Assembly (NCBI GenBank): GCA_963739235.1
Contig: CAVTZY010000050.1
Location: 60,405 to 124,404 of the forward strand
DNA from: Terriglobia bacterium
GTDB lineage: Bacteria; Acidobacteriota; UBA6911
DNA: 64,000 bases
Direction: 5' to 3'
Shown: one piece after another, positions 41,359-50,957 of the stretch
How positions within the stretch are numbered: the stretch's first letter is position 1
Layout of the letters: every line of letters starts with the position of its first letter
Program-made: the position numbers and the translations under genes
Notes under the pieces: generated by a model
What the model was told of the DNA's origin: nothing
The model's database searches: none
The model's input: the letters and a program-made list of their open reading frames with translations, nothing else

Positions 41359-41449
41359 GGGGTCAGGCCTGGAAGATTTACTTTTGTCCTGGAGGATTGA
41401 GGATCAGCGCGAGGACAGGAACAAAGGTAAATTATCCAGGCCTGACCCC
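41359..41449. repeat. REP-like inverted repeat, related to 28747-28833
   Basis: GGGGTCAGGCCTGGAAGATTTACTTTTGTCCTG ... CAGGAACAAAGGTAAATTATCCAGGCCTGACCCC. Confidence 0.7.
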
Positions 41450-41513
41450 AACCCTTCGAATTCGCCTCCTGGATATCGGTCGAATTCGGACTCTACCTCA
41501 TTGAGGGATAACC

Positions 41514-41603
41514 ATGCTCGACACGGACACCAAACGCCGCATTGACACCGCTCGCGACATCGTCGTCGGCAAAGTTCCCGACCCGATGTTTCCACTGCCT
41601 TGA
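41514..41603 (+). pseudogene. N-terminal stub of an N6-adenine DNA methyltransferase (type I/IIG R-M)
   Basis: MLDTDTKRRIDTARDIVVGKVPDP resembles an HsdM-type N-terminus; ends after 29 aa. Confidence 0.5.
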
Positions 41604-41717
41604 CCTCAACATGGTGCGCGCCGGCGTCGTATGTCACCCAAGTGAATGGGTCAGGAGAGGGCGTCAGAAGAAACTCTCCCATTCATGTTACAATGGCAGG
41701 CAGAGTGGAGCTAGGTT

Positions 41718-42080
41718 ATGAAGGAACATCTGTCAGATCTGTTGCTGCGGTTTCGTGATGAGCTCGGGAGTGTTTTGGGCAGCAATCTTGAACAGATAGT
41801 TCTGTATGGTTCCCATGCCAGAGGGGATGAAACACCCGAGTCGGATGTGGATGTATTGGTCGTATTGCGGGATGCGAGCCCCGGCGATCGGGAAAAAATC
41901 CATCAGATTGCCTATCGACTCATGTGGGATCGCGAATTTCAGCCATTGATCACATTGAACATCATTGACGGCGAATATTTTCGTCTGCTGAAACAGGCGG
42001 ATGCTACTTATCTCAGAAACATCCAGCGCGAGGGTGAACCGCTGTGGCCGGCAAGCAAGACGAAGCCAAACATTGGCTGA
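41718..42080 (+). CDS. MNT minimal nucleotidyltransferase antitoxin
   Basis: LYGSHARGDETPESDVDVLVVL. Confidence 0.88.
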   Translation: MKEHLSDLLLRFRDELGSVLGSNLEQIVLYGSHARGDETPESDVDVLVVLRDASPGDREKIHQIAYRLMWDREFQPLITLNIIDGEYFRLLKQADATYLRNIQREGEPLWPASKTKPNIG

Positions 42081-42292
42081 AACGGGCGGCGGACTCCTTA
42101 AGTGCCTCCGAAGTCCTCATTTCCGAGGGACTGCTTGATGACGCGATCTCCCGCGCATACTACGCCATGTTCTATGCGGCCAAGGCTCTGCTGATTCGTG
42201 ATGAAGTTGCTGTTGGAGCCAAACATGCGGCGGTCGGGGCAGCATTGCTGGCGGAGGCGGCAATCAATGCGTCGCCAAGCTCGAGGCTGTGA
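42044..42292 (+). pseudogene. HEPN domain toxin, C-terminally truncated
   Basis: AISRAYYAMFYAAKALL..KH; the RxxxxY/H catalytic part is missing. Confidence 0.75.
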
Positions 42293-42312
42293 GATTTCGA
42301 GTATTTCTGCAG

Positions 42313-42552
42313 TTATCGCCCAGCTTCCTTTCCGATCGTTTCAGAAATCGGCAAGGATTCGAGGATCAAAAACAGGGTTTCGATGCGCGCGTTTTCGGTT
42401 TTCCTTGCTCCAGCGAATATTTCGGCGACGGAAACCGGAGTCCATAGCAGGTTGTGGCCGCTTTCCAGCAGGTTCATGATGGCGCCGGCCACGGATTCGG
42501 GTCCGCGCAGCCATGCGATGATCACGTCGGAATCGAGAAGGATGTCAGCCAA
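42313..42552 (-). pseudogene. vapC: PIN/VapC toxin, C-terminally truncated
   Basis: ILLDSDVIIAWLRG..SVAEIFAG; stops at 79 aa, before the C-terminal acidic residues. Confidence 0.75.
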
Positions 42553-42817
42553 TTCGGAACCTCTTCAATCGCGAGCCTTTTCGGAGCTTTCGAACCGTGG
42601 CCTCAATGTCCTTTAAATCGCTGCGATTCTTCCATATTCCAATCAATCCGCGGGCAAGCGCAACTTTGTCGAGGTCTTTTCCTGGCATATAGCGCTCACG
42701 CAAGCTGGCTCTAACCAACTCGGATACAGTTGTGGCCTTCTGGCGGCTCAAAGTCTCAAGAGTTCTTGCCATCTCTTCATCAAGGTACAACTGCGTCCTC
42801 TTCATCTGTTTCCCCAT
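42545..42817 (-). CDS. CopG/RHH antitoxin (VapB-like)
   Basis: MKRTQLYLDEE..SELVRASL..GIWKNRSD; overlaps the vapC start. Confidence 0.8.
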   Translation of the reverse strand: MGKQMKRTQLYLDEEMARTLETLSRQKATTVSELVRASLRERYMPGKDLDKVALARGLIGIWKNRSDLKDIEATVRKLRKGSRLKRFRIG

Positions 42818-43377
42818 AATGTATAATATACATCGTCGGTACCCCGTACGGCAACGTAGACTCTGGAACACCGGGGTCTGAGAGAAAATCACACCATGTA
42901 AGCAGGAACCTGAGATTCAGAAAATGGCCGCAAAAAATGGCGCCAAGCCCCAGCTTAAGAAGTCCCGCGCAACATAATACGATTACTTCACAAATAAGCG
43001 TGGTCCGACCCCCTGCCAAACTCGAGGGTGCACACAGCCGAGGCACAATGGTTTTCAAGCAGCCGTCCGAACGCGTGACTGGAAAGGATTCCCGATCCCG
43101 TGTCCCTCCTCGTGATAACCTCAGCGAGGGTATCTGTGTATCCCGAGAACCGAATTTTCGCAAGCCCGAATGTCTTGTAATTTGCGGAATGGAGGATGGA
43201 CTGAATGACCACCAAGCCCGCGCTCTTAAGCTCGAGAACGAAAGCCGACATGGTGTCAAAATTGTCGGGTTCCACTGGATAGCCAAGCGTGCACGATCTA
43301 TTGTAAGTAACGTCGTAGCTCAGGAGGTGAGAGTGATTCGGGATCTCCGGATCGTTTAAAGCCTGGCGGAGCGTCGC

Positions 43378-44259
43378 CTACCATGGAAGAGGTTGCTGAT
43401 GCAGAATTTCCGTGCCAAGCTGTTCGGAACCGGGATTGCTGACCCCTTTGCTGCGCCCGACACTGCATAACGTATTGAGCGGACATTCCTGACACCTCAG
43501 TCGAACACACCCCCTTGAACCGATCAGCCATAGGGCACGGTCAACATCTGGCCATCGTACATTGACTTCGCTGCATGCATCCGTCAGCACTCGTTGAATT
43601 GGCCGCGCGAACAGGTGGTAGTCACTCTCGATATTCTCGCCATCACCAGAGACTATGCCGGTAAAGAAGGAGATTCTGGAATCGTGAATATCTACTGGCA
43701 CCAGAACGCGCTCCAGTCCACTGACCTTGGCCATCCCAAGCCCATCCACAGCGCGAAGAAGCATGCCCCCTGTCTTGGGTCCGAATCCGTAGAAGCTGCA
43801 GACCAGCTTCAGGAGTACTTCCGCATCTGCGGACGCTCCAAACACTCCTCGTGGATCTCCGTTGAATTGCTCCATCAATCTCGACGCATTGAGGTACCAG
43901 CCCTTGGCAGTACTCTTGGGGTATCTGGTTCCTAAAGCAATTCCCGTAGAACCTATAAGATCTGCGTCGTCACATCCCCTGAACTGTGAGGTTATAAAAT
44001 GAGGATCAAAAAGATTGGGCCTGCAGTCGAAGAGCTCGATCGCCTTTGCGTAGAGGCGAGAGGATTTGACGCCGTGATCGTTGGGCACCGTAAAAAACAG
44101 GAATCGCGCGTGCTCTATGGAACCTTTTTTCACCCCTGGCGGGATCTGATTTTCCACGAGGTCTTCGCGCTCTGAGAGCAACCCCTCATAGCCGCGAAAT
44201 GCGCCTTCGAGCCTTATCACGACTTCCTGCGCTCTTGCCCGGTCTACGTTAAGCCTCAT
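43378..44259 (-). CDS. HhH-superfamily DNA glycosylase/AP lyase-like protein with a C-terminal 4-Cys Fe-S motif
   Basis: HhH FYGFGPKTG (Lys), PVDIH (catalytic Asp), DRALWLIGSRGCx4Cx2CPLx3C. Confidence 0.8.
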   Translation of the reverse strand: MRLNVDRARAQEVVIRLEGAFRGYEGLLSEREDLVENQIPPGVKKGSIEHARFLFFTVPNDHGVKSSRLYAKAIELFDCRPNLFDPHFITSQFRGCDDADLIGSTGIALGTRYPKSTAKGWYLNASRLMEQFNGDPRGVFGASADAEVLLKLVCSFYGFGPKTGGMLLRAVDGLGMAKVSGLERVLVPVDIHDSRISFFTGIVSGDGENIESDYHLFARPIQRVLTDACSEVNVRWPDVDRALWLIGSRGCVRLRCQECPLNTLCSVGRSKGVSNPGSEQLGTEILHQQPLPW

Positions 44260-44872
44260 GAAAAAGCTCCTGGAACTTCTTTTTAATTAAAATCGCAGTC
44301 TCAGCGGCAACCTTCTCAGCAGGTTGCTCTCCGTTAACAGTGACGGTAGGCCAACATTGTGCCAGGGTCAAGTACGCTTCACGCACGCGCTTTAAATACA
44401 CGCCAGAATACGCTTCTTCCATGTTCGCGCGACGGCCACGATTTGAGGATGTCGCGGTCGATATGTCAATCAGAATCGTGAGATCGGGAACAGGGAAGGG
44501 CTCGTTGATCTTTTTGACGAATTCCATGTCAATCAGGCTGGTCCCAGGCAGCAGATCCGCAGATCGATAAGCAATTGCCGACGCTACATATCGATCCCAA
44601 ATTACGAGGGCACCAGCTTCAAGTTTTGGCCGGCATATTCTCTCGTACACCCATGCCCGGTCAGCCGCAAAGAAATACGTCTTTAAAAACGGGGAGAGCT
44701 CCGCGAGCTTTTCAGGTACCAGGAAACAGCCAAGCGGTGACTGGCGCTCGGAGCAAGTCGCTATCTCCACCGTGCAACCACACAGCAGTGGAGGCAAGAT
44801 TTCCAGGATGGTTGACTTGCCCGCTCTATCGATTCCCTCCAGTGCGATCAGACACCCATTATGAGATTTCAT
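44249..44872 (-). CDS. tmk: dTMP kinase family nucleotide monophosphate kinase
   Basis: LIALEGIDRAGKST, FAADR, DRYVASAIAY, PDLTILIDIS; ATG overlaps the upstream TGA (ATGA). Confidence 0.88.
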   Translation of the reverse strand: MKSHNGCLIALEGIDRAGKSTILEILPPLLCGCTVEIATCSERQSPLGCFLVPEKLAELSPFLKTYFFAADRAWVYERICRPKLEAGALVIWDRYVASAIAYRSADLLPGTSLIDMEFVKKINEPFPVPDLTILIDISTATSSNRGRRANMEEAYSGVYLKRVREAYLTLAQCWPTVTVNGEQPAEKVAAETAILIKKKFQELFHEA

Positions 44873-46131
44873 CTCTTCACCACGAGTTCGGCAAAACAGC
44901 GCGTATCGGAAAAAGGGAATTCCCAATGAGATATCTCTTCTCTGATCAGCCGGGCGGCAGCCCCAGAATTCCTGCCGCCCAGTCCAAGCGGAAGGTCGTA
45001 GCCGTGGTAGATCCCGAACTGTTCAAAGTAATCGTCCAGGTCCTGTGCGGTCGGAAAGCTGACTGATGTCACGTGCCAAGAATTGCCGGCAACGTGACCT
45101 CCTAATTCTCGGACCCAATGCCACATCAGGGAGGGTTCGAGTCTCACATCCTGAGCACGTGAGGGCAAAACCAGAGCCCCCTTCAGGCGTCTCGTAATCT
45201 CTGGAAGATCGCTGATCGAGAGATCGATAACGAGCAGAAATCCGCCTGGCGCAAGGTTCTCCAGTGCAAACCTTAGCGTCCCTTTTGGATCAGGATGATC
45301 GTGCAACGTAAATAAGGCCAGGGCTGCGTCGAATGGCGCCTGCGCTGCCGCCCGCTCCACATCCTTTGCCGATTCCGTAAAGACGGCACGTTCCAGCTCA
45401 CGTGAACGCGCAATTTTGAGCATGACGCTTGATGTATCCAACCCTACATATGAGAGGGTCGGGAACATCGAAATCAGTTGTGCCGCTGTCTCGCCTGTCC
45501 CGCAGCCGATTTCCAGAATCCTATGAGCGCCGATCGATCCAACAAAGGCTCCCACTCGGTTTGTTGCCGACCAAGGTGGGTCATACCAGCTTTCCAATTT
45601 GGCAACGAACGCCTGGTAATTCGGCGCGACGGCCGAGAAAAACTCAACGGGATCTGTTGCCGGCCTAAGCTTGAACGCATCGTCCGGCACCTCAGAAAAT
45701 CGGGTCTGGAGGAGTGGAATCAACTCTCCAATGGAACTCACGATACCCCCAGAAGACAGGACGGCGCCAACAACGTACAGGTTCTTGTACATCCGTGCCG
45801 GCCCCGTGCGGTTTTGCCTTATATCCGTGTAGAGGCCAATTATTGGAACTCCCCCCAGAAACGCGACCCCTATTTCGCAGCATACGCCCGGATCGATGGT
45901 CTCCTGATCAAGGCAGGCCACCATCACGTCTGACTGAAGGATCTCTGCGGAATCTTGCCGGAAAATCACATCTGCTGAAGGACTCGCGCTGGCATTTTCA
46001 GTCGATTCCTGCGGCAGGAATACCGAAATGCCCGCTACTCTTAGCTGCTCTGCGCAACGTGCGTTGAACGCTCTATCGGCCTCGTTGAACATCGCATTTG
46101 CCCAGTACACGCGCCGCTTCAGCTGGCCCAT
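44869..46131 (-). CDS. nucleoside 2-deoxyribosyltransferase-family domain fused to a class I SAM methyltransferase
   Basis: VYWANAMF, VFLPQE, IFRQD..SDVMVACLD..DPGVCCEIG, YKNLYV (Ndt fold); ILEIGCGTG, VGLDTS, FTLHD, LAPGG (MTase). Confidence 0.85.
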   Translation of the reverse strand: MGQLKRRVYWANAMFNEADRAFNARCAEQLRVAGISVFLPQESTENASASPSADVIFRQDSAEILQSDVMVACLDQETIDPGVCCEIGVAFLGGVPIIGLYTDIRQNRTGPARMYKNLYVVGAVLSSGGIVSSIGELIPLLQTRFSEVPDDAFKLRPATDPVEFFSAVAPNYQAFVAKLESWYDPPWSATNRVGAFVGSIGAHRILEIGCGTGETAAQLISMFPTLSYVGLDTSSVMLKIARSRELERAVFTESAKDVERAAAQAPFDAALALFTLHDHPDPKGTLRFALENLAPGGFLLVIDLSISDLPEITRRLKGALVLPSRAQDVRLEPSLMWHWVRELGGHVAGNSWHVTSVSFPTAQDLDDYFEQFGIYHGYDLPLGLGGRNSGAAARLIREEISHWEFPFSDTRCFAELVVKR

Positions 46132-46775
46132 GATGCCTCCCGCATCTTCGACCTTCGTTTACGAAAACTGTGACCGGCACCGAATTGCCTCACGATTTGC
46201 ATTCCAGTCTACAGCATTTCGGTGGCAATTCGCTGCCAGTCAAAGATTTTCCTTTTCCAAGTGCAGGTAAACGGCTTTAAGGAACAGGTGCAGTTCGTCC
46301 TGAGACTCGGTTTCCGAACCTGCGTCGGTCTCAGCGGATTCCGCTTCCGGCAGAGGTCTGGAATCGTTGCCTTCGGCACCGTCCATCGACGCCTGTGTTT
46401 TTTGTTCGTGCAGGCCTTTCAATCTTTTCCCGGACCTATCCACTTTTGTCACAGCCACCCTCTTTGGCGGAAAATGCCCAGCCATCTGGAGGCCTCGCGC
46501 CCGTGTCCCCCGAACGAGCGAGACCCGACGGCGGGGCATTCACCAATTCATCGTAATCAGGTCAAGTAACATCCGGGGTCATTCCCGGCTTGGCTTTCCC
46601 TTATGCGGCAGCGTAAGGTGGGTTCGCTTGTGCGATCAGCGCCCGGGAGGTCCGATTGTGGTTGCAGAAACCTGACTGTTTGTAGTAGGTTAGCTGAGTT
46701 CATCCATACTTCCCCTGCCGGATGGACGATCCGTGATCATTGTCTACACAATCGAGTACCGTTGGGACTACGCCC

Positions 46776-47808
46776 ATGCCGCGCAACGATCAGGTGACGC
46801 GCCAGTGGTTCCTGCTCCAGGCTTTGGAGAAGCCCGGCGGGGCAACGATCGAAGATGCTCGCACACGCGCTGCCGGAGGACTATTCCTGCCACATGCGCA
46901 CGATCCGGCGCGACCTCCAGGCGCTGGAGGCGCGCTTCCCGGTCTACACCGACCGGGTCGACGGGCAGGTGCGCTGGAAGCTCGTGGAGGGTTTCAGCCG
47001 GGTGCCGGCGGTGCAGTTTTCGGCCACGGAGCTGTTGGCGCTGGTTTTCACCCGCGACCTGGCGCAGCCGTTGGAGGGGACGCCGATCAAGGAGTCGATC
47101 GATTCCGCGCTGGCGAAGGCCTCGAGCGCCCTGCCGGCGGGCGCGGATGAATTCGTGCGGGGCCTGCAGGGTTGGTTCTCCGCCGGCATTGGCCCGCACA
47201 AGAGCTACCGGGAGCACCGCGACAAGATCGACCAGCTGGCCCGCGCGATCAGGAAGCACCGCACCGTGGAGATGCGTTACTACACGGCGTCGCGCGACAA
47301 GACCACGCGCCGCAAGGTGGACCCGTACCACATCTGGTATGCGGCGGGCGCGTTGTACCTGATCGGCTACTGCCACCTGCGCAGCAACGTGCGCATGTTC
47401 GCCATCGACCGCATTGTGACGCTGACGATCACAAACCTCCCCTGCCAAATGCCCCTCGGCTTCAACGTGGAAGAGTATGTTAAAAACGCCCTGACCGTGA
47501 TGGTCGGCGGCTCGCAGATTGATGTGGAACTCCGCTTCGACAAGAAAACCACCGCCTGGGCCAAAGACCGCATCTGGCACCCCAGCCAAAAAGCCACGAT
47601 TGGCAAGGACGGCTGCCTAACCCTAGTGCTCCAGGTAGCCGACACCCCCGAACTAATCGGCTGGATCCTGAGCTTCGGCCCCGGCGTTCAAGTTGTGCGA
47701 CCTGGTATATTGCGAAACAAAGTCATATTGGCGGCCGCTGAGATTGCCGGAAGAAAATTGACCTCGGATGTCACGTCCATCGTCAATGATGCTGTTCAGA
47801 TGCGATAG
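46776..47808 (+). CDS. HTH-WYL-WCX transcriptional regulator (YafY/PafC/BrxR-like); frameshift near 46855
   Basis: RTIRRDLQAL, RKVDPYHIWY..LYLIGYCHLR..RMFAIDRI, WILSFGPGVQVVRP; true N-terminus MPRNDQVTRQW in the adjacent frame. Confidence 0.9.
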
Positions 47809-47935
47809 GCATTTCCATCGCTAGCGGGAGAGTACATCGCCCCAGGTTGTGGCATAGAACCGATGTCATGGAATCCAGGGTGGTTCCGTCGCCTGTCGAA
47901 GAGACCACAAGGGAACGATAAGCAGGAGATCATCA

Positions 47936-50497
47936 ATGATGGGTCCCGGAATAGGAATTCTTACCAAACTTGCTAATGAGAGTGGATTCGGAATCCTGGG
48001 TCAATGCACACTGCCCGGCCAGGAGGCCCAGTATGAGCCTGTTCCCGCTCAAATCAATGAACGAATAAAAGACCTTCTTCATAAAAAATACCCGCTGGGG
48101 CTCTACAAATATCAGAGCCAGGCCATTACCGAAGCTCTCGCCGGCCGCGATATCTGTCTCGCGACCTCCACGGCGTCGGGAAAGAGCCTCGTATTTATGA
48201 CGGTTGCGCTTGAGATTCTCTTGCGTGACCCGATGGCCAAGGTCCTGGCATTCTATCCGGTTCGCGCACTCATTCAGGATCAAATGGACAAATGGCACTC
48301 CCTTCTGGATCCCATAAACATCCAACTGGGATACATCGATGGCGGCGTGCCGGTCGAACAACGCCTCCGAATTCTCGCGCGCTCCCGCGTGGTTTTAATG
48401 ACGCCGGATGTGGCTCATGCGTGGCTCATGAGCAAAGTAAATCATCGGTACGTTGACATGTTCCTGCGCAGGATGCGGTTGCTGGTGCTTGACGAGTCCC
48501 ACGTCTACGACGGCGTTTTCGGCACAAACATGGCATATTTTCTGCGCCGCTTGCGTGCGTTCGCCGCCAACCACCAAATAATCTGCAGCACTGCAACTAT
48601 AGGCGAACCCTCTGATTTCATGGAGAAGCTGGTCGGCCGCTCCATGCGTATTTTTGACATCGATGAAGACTCGAGTGCGCGGCCGCAGAAATCGGTCCTG
48701 CTTTGCAGGAGTAAGAGCGGCGAACCCTTTGAGAATGCGGTTGAATTGCTGAAAAAGCTGGCCGATCTCGACGGCGCCAGGTTCCTCGCCTTTGGCGATT
48801 CCCGCAAGATGGTTGAACGCATCGTCGCCGCAACATTGCGGCAGAAAAAATCAGCTTCCGACGAGCCCGAACCTGATGAGGATACGGAAGAAGGTGATGA
48901 GGAAGCGAACCAGTGGGAATCCTCTCTGCCCGATCTTCCGAGGATTTTGCCATATCGCGCCGGCTACGAGGCTGAGGACAGAAGGGAGATTCAAGACGCG
49001 CTTGCCCACGGCGGATTGGCCGGCGTCGTATCTACAAGCGCTCTGGAACTCGGCCTGGATATCGGTGAGATTAAGGTAGTTGTGCTCTTGAACACGCCAC
49101 CTACCGTCAAGGCGTTCCACCAGCGTCTGGGAAGAGCCGGGAGACGCAGTCCAGCAGTCTGCCTTGCGCTGGATGACCAGGAGAATATCCAATCTCTGGA
49201 GGAGCACCTTGCGCGCAAAATGGAGCCCAGCTGGCTCTATTTGGAAAACCGCTATATTCAGTATGCAAATGCCCTCTACGCGGCCCAGGAATTATCCTCG
49301 GCAGGACGAGATGTAGTCCCACAAGACGTTTTTGCCAACCTGCCCGCAGGATTTATGAAATTCCTGGAGAACGAATTGAATCCTGCGGACGTTGTCCCTT
49401 CCGACTTGTATCCACTAAAGCAAAGAGCCGCGTCAGGGAACCCCCATCTCGAGTTCCCTATCCGCAGCCAAATGGAGCAGGATTTCAAGGTCTCGACCTT
49501 CCCGGGAGCTCGGCTTGGAAGCCTGTCATTTTCCCAAGTGCTGCGCGAGGCATATCCAGGAGCGATTTACTATTACATGGCTCGCGCCTACCGGGTTCGC
49601 AGGTTCAGCTATCGGAATGGCGAGATTAAGGCCACGCGTGAAAGGCAATGGACAACGCGACCATTTGCGCAGTCAATGGTATTTCCTCGATTCCGCGGTG
49701 GGACATTGTATCTTGCCAAGTCTGATGTCGGATTTCTAGCGGAGACGGAAGTTCAGGTCAGCGAGCGCGTTACTGGCTTTGAAGAGTCACGGGGGCCCAA
49801 TCGCATGAGTCATGAATATGGCCCCGATTCTGAGTTTCATCAATCGCCAATTAACCGTTTCTTTCTGACCACCGGGGTGTGTTGGTATTTCCCCAAACGG
49901 GAGCACGTTTCCGAAGTCCTGGCAGCGGCGCTATGCCACGCCTTTAGCCACCTTTGCGGTGTGCAGGACCGAGACCTCGGCATCGGCATGTTTCACTCGC
50001 GTGTGAGCCCACTTGGAGAATCAACTTGCCAAGGGATGTCCATCTACGACTCAACAAACGGGAGTTTGCGCCTGACTCAAAGACTCGCCGAAAGATTTGC
50101 GGAAGTGATCGAACTCGCAGGCGACATGCAATTGAAATCGGGAAATGGAGATGTAGCGAGAGATTTGAAGGCCCTGAAGCGCCTTGTCCGTGACCTGACA
50201 CCATCAGGCCCGATGTCCGCATCTGAATTGCCCGGAGCTGGGGAGGACTCGATAATTACCATAGCACCCGGCCAGCGTGCGATGTATCGCCACGAGGACG
50301 GATGCCAGGAAGTTGAGGTCATTGGTCACCGATACACCCCTCGTGGCTTGATGCTGCAGTTGCGGTCTGCCAAAGAGGGGACCACTTGGATGGCGGCATC
50401 ACAGTGCATCGAGCCGATCCACGGCATCACAAAGATGATCCGCCTCAACCTGGTCACCGGTGACACGGAACCACTCGAGCCGGAGCTACAGGCATGA
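47936..50497 (+). CDS. DEAD/DEAH box helicase (Hrq/MrfA/DUF1998-like)
   Basis: LYKYQ, TSTASGKS, TPD, LDESHVY.GVFG, TATI, YRAGY, TSALELGLDIG, QRLGRAGR, EAYPGAIY. Confidence 0.88.
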   Translation: MMGPGIGILTKLANESGFGILGQCTLPGQEAQYEPVPAQINERIKDLLHKKYPLGLYKYQSQAITEALAGRDICLATSTASGKSLVFMTVALEILLRDPMAKVLAFYPVRALIQDQMDKWHSLLDPINIQLGYIDGGVPVEQRLRILARSRVVLMTPDVAHAWLMSKVNHRYVDMFLRRMRLLVLDESHVYDGVFGTNMAYFLRRLRAFAANHQIICSTATIGEPSDFMEKLVGRSMRIFDIDEDSSARPQKSVLLCRSKSGEPFENAVELLKKLADLDGARFLAFGDSRKMVERIVAATLRQKKSASDEPEPDEDTEEGDEEANQWESSLPDLPRILPYRAGYEAEDRREIQDALAHGGLAGVVSTSALELGLDIGEIKVVVLLNTPPTVKAFHQRLGRAGRRSPAVCLALDDQENIQSLEEHLARKMEPSWLYLENRYIQYANALYAAQELSSAGRDVVPQDVFANLPAGFMKFLENELNPADVVPSDLYPLKQRAASGNPHLEFPIRSQMEQDFKVSTFPGARLGSLSFSQVLREAYPGAIYYYMARAYRVRRFSYRNGEIKATRERQWTTRPFAQSMVFPRFRGGTLYLAKSDVGFLAETEVQVSERVTGFEESRGPNRMSHEYGPDSEFHQSPINRFFLTTGVCWYFPKREHVSEVLAAALCHAFSHLCGVQDRDLGIGMFHSRVSPLGESTCQGMSIYDSTNGSLRLTQRLAERFAEVIELAGDMQLKSGNGDVARDLKALKRLVRDLTPSGPMSASELPGAGEDSIITIAPGQRAMYRHEDGCQEVEVIGHRYTPRGLMLQLRSAKEGTTWMAASQCIEPIHGITKMIRLNLVTGDTEPLEPELQA

Positions 50498-50957
50498 TGC
50501 TCCCTGAAGAAACATATCTGGGGCAAGCTCGCGCGGGCGCGGAATTTCCAATTGATAGCGATTCCTGTCATCCCCTGGCCATTAGTGAAACCGTGCTGAA
50601 TCCGAAGATCGCGGCATGAATTCACCTCCACACTGTCCTGGACGCACTATAATGTGAGCTTCAGCCTTGACGTTGTTTCGAAACTCCATGCCCAGGGGCA
50701 CGGTCGGGACACGTCCTATCTTGACACGCGCTCTGGACGAGGTTCCCAAAGATGCATAGGGATCGGTGTTGCCGTTGGCTCATATGACAGCGATTTGATA
50801 TTGCATTTCATGCGGGTGCAAGCCTCAGTTACTCGATGGGATTTCCGTGGTAACGCTGATACGTCCAATGCCCATGATCTTCGGGAACTTCAAAACGGCT
50901 GGGATTTGCTGGTGCGGAGATCCGCTCAATAACATCCTGCCGTCCGGGCTCTAGAAT

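Noticed and set aside
42937-43359. Fourth gene of the nucleotide operon or a convergent ORF
   Set aside because: Overlapping short ORFs on both strands with no motif or clear RBS; cannot choose one
44249-44872. Housekeeping tmk locus
   Set aside because: No holB or other core neighbours; it is coupled to accessory genes in a defence island. Uniqueness in the genome cannot be checked here
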